NCBI GenBank assembly: GCA_038062675.1
Contig: JBBTWP010000002.1
Coordinates: 22,668-77,734 of the forward strand
Direction of reading: 5' to 3'
DNA: 55,067 nt
Origin: Patescibacteria group bacterium
GTDB taxonomy: Bacteria > Patescibacteriota > Minisyncoccia > Phycocordibacterales > UBA1550
Below are positions 43,046 to 50,149 of the stretch, piece by piece (position 1 is the first letter of the stretch; every line of letters begins with the position of its first letter). The translations under genes and the position numbers were made by a program. The notes under the pieces were generated by a model that ran no database searches, was not told the DNA's origin, and saw only the letters and a program-made list of their open reading frames with translations.

Positions 43046-44065
43046 ATGAAGAGATTGTCAATTGTTTGGATAAGTCTTTTGTTCATAATCGGCGCGTTTA
43101 ATGCACATGCTGTGCAGCCAAAACCGCCGACGAGTACGAGTTGGTACGTGGCTCCTATTTGGGCAGACACTGACAACGTGCTTTATGGTTGGATGTACAG
43201 CAAAGGGTATGCAGCTGGGCAAGTTGACCTTAATACTCCTGGGACTCAAGACAGTGTTGTTATTCTTGCTTTGGGCAATCCAAGAATATCAGGAGGAGTA
43301 TATGGTGCTTCTGGGTATGGACGCTTTTTGAGTGTCAATACCATGAGATTGGTTGCGTATGCGTTCGCGGCTGGTTATTGGGATGGCAGTGGAAGCGATG
43401 GCGCATCACAAATGCGTATTGTGCTTGGCACGAACAATTCTGTGATAGATGGTTATACGGATACATTTTTGTATAATCATGGTGCCGCGTGGGTACAAAT
43501 GGTAAAAGACACGGCGGTGACAATTCAGCCATTTGCGAGTCAGGTCATGGTTTTCGGAGGAAATGATATTGAGATGGGCTACTCATTTCCAGGGAAAGCA
43601 ATTTCTTGGGTCAATGGGTATGCGAGTGGGTATGTTGCTCCTTACTATCTTTTCAACTTCGGAAGTGCAGACGGGTGTCCATTAAGTGGAACGACTGCAG
43701 TGCCGGGTGCTTGTGTGACAGTAGAGACACAACAGAAAGGATATGTGTGGTCACAAAACGACATAGAGTATATTTCGTGGCGCGCACGACCCTCATACCC
43801 GCTTCCACAGATTTATGGTACGGGGGGTGGTAATGCGAAACAGTGGCAACAAATCGCTTTGTATTCATACTTGAAATACAATCAAGATATGTTTATCACA
43901 GCACCACTCTCACAAAGCCAAGCATGTACTCAAAATGGCGGGTGTGCTGGCACAAACAACACTCCCATCCAAGCATGGAACCAACTTTGGAACGAGCTCA
44001 ACAGCAATGTAAGCACTTTCCAAGACTTTTGGTGGTCAACTGACATCAAATGGCGCCAACCTTAA
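43046..44065 (+). CDS. Secreted hypothetical protein (339 aa)
   Basis: Signal peptide MKRLSIVWISLLFIIGAFNAHA and GAGGT 7 nt upstream of the ATG. I do not recognise a family with confidence. Confidence 0.82.
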   Translation: MKRLSIVWISLLFIIGAFNAHAVQPKPPTSTSWYVAPIWADTDNVLYGWMYSKGYAAGQVDLNTPGTQDSVVILALGNPRISGGVYGASGYGRFLSVNTMRLVAYAFAAGYWDGSGSDGASQMRIVLGTNNSVIDGYTDTFLYNHGAAWVQMVKDTAVTIQPFASQVMVFGGNDIEMGYSFPGKAISWVNGYASGYVAPYYLFNFGSADGCPLSGTTAVPGACVTVETQQKGYVWSQNDIEYISWRARPSYPLPQIYGTGGGNAKQWQQIALYSYLKYNQDMFITAPLSQSQACTQNGGCAGTNNTPIQAWNQLWNELNSNVSTFQDFWWSTDIKWRQP

Positions 44066-44101
44066 TCTATCTCAGCAACAACTTTACTGGAGAAAATCAT
44101 T

Positions 44102-44869
44102 ATGACCAAAAAAGTAAAAATCATTACTCTTACCCTCGGATCTCTTGCCATTCTTGGCATGGGCGGAGCGTATGCGGAAAATTTGTACCAACAGCAGGCA
44201 GAGTACAAAGAATGTCTTGCGCGTGAGGAGATATTTTTAATCAAACCTCGCCAAAGTGTCTCCCAAGAAACTCCGGGGAGTCCCGAAGCTTTGAAATGGG
44301 CGAAAGCTCTTCAAGAAGGTGAGGCGCGAGCGAAGGAGCAATGTCGTCCTAAAACATCCGCGGAGATTAAAAAGATGCTTGCGAGCAAAAAAGCAGTACG
44401 CGAGGCGCATCTTTTGGAAGTTGAAGAATGGAAGAAGCAAGGGCTTCTGGAACCTCAACGAGCAAATCCACGCGATTTGGGAATCGATGAGCATGCAGAT
44501 AATTATCGAAAAGGGGTCTACCAAACAAACGCATGGCGGGGATATTCAGACGAACAGCGTCTTGATAGTCTTATGTTTGTGATTGCCGGTAGTGCTTCTG
44601 GAAATATCCCACAAGGACAAGTTATCATTCTTGACAAAGGATATGGAGGGCCTGCTTCCGAGTATCCTACCCCCACCGCAACCGGGCCTGTGCGCATCAC
44701 CGCAGAGAAAGACGGCGTACTTACGCTTGAATCTCTCGCGGGAACCTACGATGTGTATGAGTCTGGTCCTGCCGGTGAAATTCCTTTTAGTGAGCAGAAA
44801 CATGAAAAGGTTACTGCTATAGGCGGAGTGACCTACTACTTTGACCTGAAAACCCGCACTTTCCGTTAA
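44102..44869 (+). CDS. Secreted/membrane-anchored hypothetical protein (255 aa)
   Basis: N-terminal hydrophobic segment IITLTLGSLAILGMGGAYA and GGAGA 8 nt upstream. The terminator follows. Confidence 0.8.
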   Translation: MTKKVKIITLTLGSLAILGMGGAYAENLYQQQAEYKECLAREEIFLIKPRQSVSQETPGSPEALKWAKALQEGEARAKEQCRPKTSAEIKKMLASKKAVREAHLLEVEEWKKQGLLEPQRANPRDLGIDEHADNYRKGVYQTNAWRGYSDEQRLDSLMFVIAGSASGNIPQGQVIILDKGYGGPASEYPTPTATGPVRITAEKDGVLTLESLAGTYDVYESGPAGEIPFSEQKHEKVTAIGGVTYYFDLKTRTFR

Positions 44870-44902
44870 AACATACGTTTTTCTTTTTCTCAACTATATT
44901 GA

Positions 44903-44937
44903 ACCCCTTGTCGAAAGACGAGGGGTTTCTTTTTTTT
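44903..44937 (+). terminator. Rho-independent terminator
   Basis: ACCCCTTGTC-GAAA-GACGAGGGGT (one mismatch) followed by TTCTTTTTTTT. Confidence 0.75.
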
Positions 44938-44984
44938 GCTGACTTTTCAGTTTTCCCCATCTAGTGCTATAATACAGGGCATCT

Positions 44985-45605
44985 ATGGATATTTTAGAAA
45001 AACTTTTTGGCAGTGCGGCGCGCGTAAAAATTCTCCGCCTTTTTCTGTTGAATGCAGAAAGTATATTTGATGCAGGGGATGTCTCTGTAAAGAGCAAAGT
45101 GAATCCAGCAGAAGCTCGTCGAGAGATTGCTCTTTTAAAAAAAGCAGGGGTCCTTGCTGATAAAAGTTTCTTCAAAGAAATTCCGCCACGCAAAGGATCA
45201 AAGCATCCATCTACAAAAAAGCGTGTCGCAGGGTTTCAGCTCAAGGCGGGTTTTCCTCTTCTTTCACCATTGAAAAATCTTATCATCTCCGAAACTCCTT
45301 TGAACCGCGAAGGGATTGTCCGTCGCCTCCGTTCAGTGGGAAAGGTGAAGCTTCTCGTTCTCTCGGGTATTTTTCTTGAAGAATCAGAATCACGCGTAGA
45401 TGTGCTCATTGTTGGAGATGGTTTGAACAAGCGTGCGATTGATCATGCTTTGCGCTCAATTGAGGCGGAAATTGGCAAAGAGCTTTCTTATGGTGCTTTC
45501 GAAACGGTTGAGTTTCTCTATCGTGTCAGCGTTTACGACAAATTTGTTCGCGATATTCTCGATTTCCGTCATGATCGCGTCATTGATAAATTGGGGGTGG
45601 TGTAA
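44985..45605 (+). CDS. Putative winged-helix transcriptional regulator (ArsR-like N-terminus)
   Basis: LFGSAARVKILRLFLLNAESIFDAGDVSVKSKVNPAEARREIALLKKAGVL resembles a wHTH. TGcTATAAT lies 11 nt upstream of the ATG. Confidence 0.75.
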   Translation: MDILEKLFGSAARVKILRLFLLNAESIFDAGDVSVKSKVNPAEARREIALLKKAGVLADKSFFKEIPPRKGSKHPSTKKRVAGFQLKAGFPLLSPLKNLIISETPLNREGIVRRLRSVGKVKLLVLSGIFLEESESRVDVLIVGDGLNKRAIDHALRSIEAEIGKELSYGAFETVEFLYRVSVYDKFVRDILDFRHDRVIDKLGVV

Positions 45606-45618
45606 ACCCACCTCCGGC

Positions 45619-46434
45619 TTATTCTGCAGGAAATAACTCCACCATCTCGTCTGAATAATAAAAGGCATGCGCAAGAGCGCCAAAGCTCCACGGGGCGCCG
45701 TTGATGTCGATGGTTGCTCCTCCTGACATGGGAGTGCTGTGTGGTTTTGATTTTTCAAACCCAAGATTCCAAAGCGTGGCGATAATTTCAGGTTTTTTAT
45801 TAATAGGGAAGCCGGCGTTCTTCCATTGGGTGGCGATTTGTGCGACATAGAGCCCTGCGTAACGATACGCATAGGTGTGGTCGCGTTCGGCGACAATACG
45901 AGAGAAGCGCTCTTGGTCGGGCTCATTGGTTGTGAAATCGAGCGCGTGTTCAAATTTTACCCCCAGATAAAATGGCGAGGACGGGTCTTGCAAGTGTGCC
46001 TCAACTGCGCGTGCTGTTTCGTCTTTGATACCGAAAATACCCCATGAAAATTGACTCTGACTTCCGAGGATTTTCAGTGGGCCAAATATTTTCTTGAAAA
46101 GCGGGCGATTGCTGTGAAAAAGACGCATTTGTTCCGGAACCAGTATGGCAATCAGGGTGCGTGGGGAAGCCCCCGTTTCTTTTGCAATAGCCTCAATCAT
46201 GCTCTTGTCTTTTGCTACTGCTTGGCGAAAGGCGACCCATTCCGGCGTGTGAGCAAGAGGGAACGTGGCGTATTCGCTGGTGCTAGGCAAAAATGAAGCA
46301 CTTTGCTGGTCGATGACTCCTAAGGTGTCGGTAAATCCCGCCCGCACGGCGATGTATCCCACCACAAAAAAGAACCCAATACAGGCAAAGAGGATAGTGA
46401 GGAGCTTGAGGGCGGTGCGTGCGTGTTTGTGCAT
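45619..46434 (-). CDS. Membrane-anchored hypothetical protein (271 aa)
   Basis: N-terminal TM LLTILFACIGFFFVVGYIAV. It converges on the previous gene with a 13-nt gap that contains the hairpin GGGTGG-TGTAAA-CCCACC. Confidence 0.8.
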   Translation of the reverse strand: MHKHARTALKLLTILFACIGFFFVVGYIAVRAGFTDTLGVIDQQSASFLPSTSEYATFPLAHTPEWVAFRQAVAKDKSMIEAIAKETGASPRTLIAILVPEQMRLFHSNRPLFKKIFGPLKILGSQSQFSWGIFGIKDETARAVEAHLQDPSSPFYLGVKFEHALDFTTNEPDQERFSRIVAERDHTYAYRYAGLYVAQIATQWKNAGFPINKKPEIIATLWNLGFEKSKPHSTPMSGGATIDINGAPWSFGALAHAFYYSDEMVELFPAE

Positions 46435-46474
46435 ATCATCGAGTATATACGGAGAACGCCTTTAGTGCAAAACA

Positions 46475-46502
46475 TTGCTTTTTTTTTGTGGCGTGGGACA
46501 AT
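46475..46502 (+). promoter_or_regulatory. Promoter TTGCTT-16-TGgGACAAT (duplicated at 50081..50108)
   Basis: The same -35, spacer length and extended -10 occur upstream of both paralogous surface-protein genes. Confidence 0.5.
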
Positions 46503-46540
46503 GTAGTCATTATTATGTAAAGGCACCCTTTGGTATTTCC

Positions 46541-49396
46541 ATGAAAAAATTCTTACTTGCAGTTTTGATGATGGCGATGTTTCCCAGCTTCGCGATGGCG
46601 CAGGTAACCCCCACTTCGGATGTTGATCCTGCGGGCACATCGATATCTTCATGTGTGAGCCTTACTTCCAACATGCGTTACCGCATGCGCGACACTCAAA
46701 CCAACGGCGGAGTTTCTGTGTTGCAGGATTTTCTCAATACGAAAGGTTTTCTCGGTTCTGAGCCAACCGGTTTTTTTGGAATCGCAACTCTCAAGGCGGT
46801 AAAGGACTACCAGTCTTCAATCGGTCTTTCTCCGACGGGCTATGTTGGACCGCTGACGCGCGCAAAGATCAATGCGTCCTGCGGGGGAGGTGAGTCCACG
46901 ACCACTTCTGGGAATTTCCCCGCCGGTTGTTCTTCAACAAGTAGGTATAGTGTGACGACAGGGAAGTCTTGTTTGTCTGCGCACCCACCAGCTCCTCCGG
47001 CTGTTGGTGTGAGCTACGTTGTAACTCCTACGAGTGTACAGCGTGGTAGTAGCTATGTATTTGCAATACAAATTTCTGGTGCGCCGGCGAATTCACCAAT
47101 CTATTTTTACCTCCAAGGACCTGATGGTTTGCTGAGGTATGCTGGTTACAATATCGGACAAAGCACCAATGCCAGTGGTTCTTGGTTGGGTGAAACGAAA
47201 CAGTTTATCCCAGTTGATGGCCAAAACGGTACATGGATTTCTTGGGTAACTGTCGGCAACAGTGTTTCTCCTAAGCAATATCATCAAGTCAGTGGAACTA
47301 CGATTGTAAATACAAATAATAGTGAGATGCGAACAGTGGTAACAATGGTTACCAACAGGGGGGCGATTACTTTGGAGCTCTTTAACGACAAAACGCCAAA
47401 AACCGTGGAAAACTTTATAAAGCTTGCGAAAACTGGCTTTTATAATGGTACGCGTTTTCATCGCGTAATCAAAGGATTCATGTTTCAAGGCGGGGACCCT
47501 CTTTCAAAAGATGTGACAAATCAGAATAGTTGGGGGACGGGTGGTCCTGGGTATGTGTTTGCGGATGAAATTTACGCTGCAAACAACAATGTTGCTGGTA
47601 CTATTGCTATGGCAAATTCTGGACCTAATACCAATGGTAGTCAGTTTTTTATTAATACCGTAAACAATAATTTTCTCGATTCCAAACACACTGTTTTTGG
47701 GCGAGTGGCGGCGGGGATGGAGGCGGTGACTTCAATTGAAAACAGCAAGACGGGGCAAAGTGATCGTCCTCTTGAGGATATAATTATTCACAGGATCGAC
47801 ATAGTTCCCTCGAATATCCCCGCACCTACGGTTACTTTGTTCGCAAATCCATCATCACTTACTCCGGGTTCCACGACGACTCTCAAATGGTCTTCCGTCG
47901 ACGCCACCAGCTGTACTGCCAGCGGTGGGTGGACAGGGAACGCCGCTCTTTCGGGGGTACAAACACTTAGTAATCTCACCGCAACCAGTACATACACTTT
48001 GACCTGTACTGGCGCAGGGGGGACGGTGGCAGAATCCGTGACCGTCATGGTCGCGGAAGTAACATCAGTTTCTATCCCCGCAGTTACCTCATTCACGGTT
48101 ATTGATTCAGGAAAATGGGCGGGGTCAAAATCATTTTTATGGACAACAAGTGGGGCTTCAACTGTAGATTTCATTATTGATTGTGCAAGTGGCTTAAATA
48201 TTTATTCAACATACAATGGTGACGGAGGCACAGTATTTCCGTGTGGTGTTACATGGAACATTAAAGGGGGCCGACTTGATCTTGAAATGATTAAAAATAC
48301 CACTTCTTCCCCCATTACGATTAGGGCCTCAGTAAGAGCGGTTGGGAGTTCTGGATATAACCCAGCTGCAAAAAATCTTAGCTTAACAATTCCACCGGCG
48401 CCGACAAGCATATCTGTTATTTCTCCAAATGGTGGTGAGGTTATTGACGCTAATCAACAACTAACCGTTAGTTTTAAGCCAGTTGCCGGGAAAAGAACGT
48501 ATATAAACTTAGCTAGTGCGAACAACGCAGGTCATGATTTGCTATCATTCAATAACATTACCAATTTAGTCGGGATTTCATCTGATAAGCAAGCTGTCGC
48601 TCTCAATTTGCCGATTAGCTGGATTAACTCGAATGGTAGTGATTATAAGATTGAGATATGTTCGGATATCGTCTGCGATAAGAGCGATAATTATTTTTCG
48701 ATAACATCGACAGCATCTATCCCAACCATTGAAATCATTGGAACTCCAACGTTGAGCATTGGATACGATTCAACGCAAAAAGAATCGGTTCTGGTAGCAA
48801 AGTACACGGTAAAAATTACCGCAGGATCGCAAACCCTTTCGTTGCCAAGCGCGGGGAATGGGTCACCTGTTGGCTCTACTCTTGCTACCACAGATGGACG
48901 AGGAATAGGCGCGGCGGTTTCTGTCGTAGGGTCTACAACCACTATTCCTTCGGGGTCAAGCGCGACGTACTCAATTGAGTTGTCGGCAATCCCAAATCAA
49001 ATTCTTGCAGGATCATATTATGCGAAAATAGCCCCATATGTGTATTCTTTTGATCCAAAATTGGGATATTATGCCGGGATTTCTGCAACATTGGTTGGGA
49101 ATTTTAGCACAAACACAGTCGCCATTATTGGTGAACGTGCACCGTATATCAAGTCTGTTTCATTGGGAATTGACGGTTCCCTAGATGTTAGCGCTCTTCG
49201 CCTTGCTTCTGTAAATAATACCGTTTCTTTCAATGGGAAAACCGCCATATTGCCTGCATCAGTTGGTAGTGATGGCACGTGGTTTACGATATTAACGAGG
49301 TCCCAGTTTGGCACTACTACACCAGGTACATATCCTCTACAAATATCAACCACAGAAGGCGCAAGCAATGTCTTTAATGTAAACATCACACAATAA
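46541..49396 (+). CDS. Surface protein: signal peptide, PG-binding-like domain, embedded cyclophilin-type PPIase domain, Ig-like modules
   Basis: MKKFLLAVLMMAMFPSFAMA. The PG_binding_1-like block is VSVLQDFLNTKGFLGSEPTGFFGIATLKAVKDYQ. The cyclophilin core is ITLELFNDKTPKTVENFIKLAKTGFYNGTRFHRVIKGFMFQGGDP...GTIAMANSGPNTNGSQFFIN...HTVFGRV. The ORF-track start at 46475 lies in the promoter. Confidence 0.9.
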   Translation: MKKFLLAVLMMAMFPSFAMAQVTPTSDVDPAGTSISSCVSLTSNMRYRMRDTQTNGGVSVLQDFLNTKGFLGSEPTGFFGIATLKAVKDYQSSIGLSPTGYVGPLTRAKINASCGGGESTTTSGNFPAGCSSTSRYSVTTGKSCLSAHPPAPPAVGVSYVVTPTSVQRGSSYVFAIQISGAPANSPIYFYLQGPDGLLRYAGYNIGQSTNASGSWLGETKQFIPVDGQNGTWISWVTVGNSVSPKQYHQVSGTTIVNTNNSEMRTVVTMVTNRGAITLELFNDKTPKTVENFIKLAKTGFYNGTRFHRVIKGFMFQGGDPLSKDVTNQNSWGTGGPGYVFADEIYAANNNVAGTIAMANSGPNTNGSQFFINTVNNNFLDSKHTVFGRVAAGMEAVTSIENSKTGQSDRPLEDIIIHRIDIVPSNIPAPTVTLFANPSSLTPGSTTTLKWSSVDATSCTASGGWTGNAALSGVQTLSNLTATSTYTLTCTGAGGTVAESVTVMVAEVTSVSIPAVTSFTVIDSGKWAGSKSFLWTTSGASTVDFIIDCASGLNIYSTYNGDGGTVFPCGVTWNIKGGRLDLEMIKNTTSSPITIRASVRAVGSSGYNPAAKNLSLTIPPAPTSISVISPNGGEVIDANQQLTVSFKPVAGKRTYINLASANNAGHDLLSFNNITNLVGISSDKQAVALNLPISWINSNGSDYKIEICSDIVCDKSDNYFSITSTASIPTIEIIGTPTLSIGYDSTQKESVLVAKYTVKITAGSQTLSLPSAGNGSPVGSTLATTDGRGIGAAVSVVGSTTTIPSGSSATYSIELSAIPNQILAGSYYAKIAPYVYSFDPKLGYYAGISATLVGNFSTNTVAIIGERAPYIKSVSLGIDGSLDVSALRLASVNNTVSFNGKTAILPASVGSDGTWFTILTRSQFGTTTPGTYPLQISTTEGASNVFNVNITQ

Positions 49397-49549
49397 AGGA
49401 TTGAGGGAGTTACTTTTTGCTCGTACGTTGCTTTTTCTGCGGTGTATGGGCGCCATGAGGTTTTCTTCCCAAGGTGAGACCTCGGGAAGAGGGTAGTGTG
49501 GTGTAATATCGTTTGACTTCCATGTTTTGTCTATGATAGTATTGAATAT

Positions 49550-49777
49550 ATGTCAAGTACTGTTAGTCTCACAAAAGCAGAGTATGCAGATCTCACGAGT
49601 CGGGCAAAGGCCTATGATTTGATTATTTCTCTTGCGCAAAAAGAGGTTGCGCACGTTCCTCCTGTGCGAAGTACGAAAAGAATTATTACGGAGCTGAAAA
49701 AGACAACACGCTACTCCCAAGATTTTTTGAAAAGTCTCGAACGAGGGTTTGAACGCTCGGCACATTTTACGAAGTAA
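49550..49777 (+). CDS. Putative antitoxin (75 aa) of a type II TA pair
   Basis: A small ORF directly upstream of and overlapping a RelE/ParE-like ORF. Promoter TTGACT-18-TGaTAGTAT ends 7 nt before the ATG. I do not recognise a family. Confidence 0.55.
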   Translation: MSSTVSLTKAEYADLTSRAKAYDLIISLAQKEVAHVPPVRSTKRIITELKKTTRYSQDFLKSLERGFERSAHFTK

Positions 49778-50027
49778 CATCAATATTTTCCCACTGCACG
49801 CAGAAATTGAGGATTATCTCAGAGAGCGTAAATTGGTAAAAAAGTTTGAAAAACAGGTGAAGTTTCTTGAAAAAGATATGGCACACCCAAGTCTTGGTGT
49901 TGAAATGCTTGAGCCGCGACACCTCAAGATTTTTAGCTTTCGTGTAGATAAAAAATATCGTGCCATTTTTGTTTTCCTGCGGAGAGATACGATTGAAATT
50001 ATTGATGTGAATAATCATTACCGATAG
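49749..50027 (+). CDS. RelE/ParE-superfamily toxin-like protein
   Basis: ...HPSLGVEMLEPRHLKIFSFRVDKKYRAIFVFLRRDTIEIIDVNNHY matches the typical RelE/ParE C-terminal pattern (...R-x-x-x-x-Y-R-x-I-F...I-x-I-x-x-V-x-x-H). The start is uncertain; TTG 49749 overlaps the antitoxin by 29 nt. Confidence 0.7.
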   Translation: MNARHILRSNINIFPLHAEIEDYLRERKLVKKFEKQVKFLEKDMAHPSLGVEMLEPRHLKIFSFRVDKKYRAIFVFLRRDTIEIIDVNNHYR

Positions 50028-50029
50028 TC

Positions 50030-50066
50030 CTGATTCCCGAGGCGAGACCTCGGGAATCAGTTTTTT
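50030..50066 (+). terminator. Rho-independent terminator after the TA pair
   Basis: CTGATTCCCGAGG-CGAGA-CCTCGGGAATCAG (13-bp perfect stem) followed by TTTTTT. A degenerate copy of the same hairpin lies at 49465..49489. Confidence 0.88.
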
Positions 50067-50080
50067 GCGTATGGGGTCGG

Positions 50081-50108
50081 TTGCTTTTTTTTGGTGGTGT
50101 GGGACAAT
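50081..50108 (+). promoter_or_regulatory. Promoter TTGCTT-16-TGgGACAAT (twin of 46475..46502)
   Basis: Same architecture and near-identical surrounding sequence. Confidence 0.5.
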
Positions 50109-50149
50109 GTTAAGTATTATCAAGAGGGTGTAACCCATTAGCATTATTT

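Noticed and set aside
42583-43061. Minus-strand ORFs 42583..42864 and 42786..43061, and plus-strand ORF 42844..43035, downstream of rplL
   Set aside because: They run through the 32-bp direct repeats, the strong terminator hairpin and the promoter. None has an RBS, and the repeated peptide strings simply mirror the DNA repeats.
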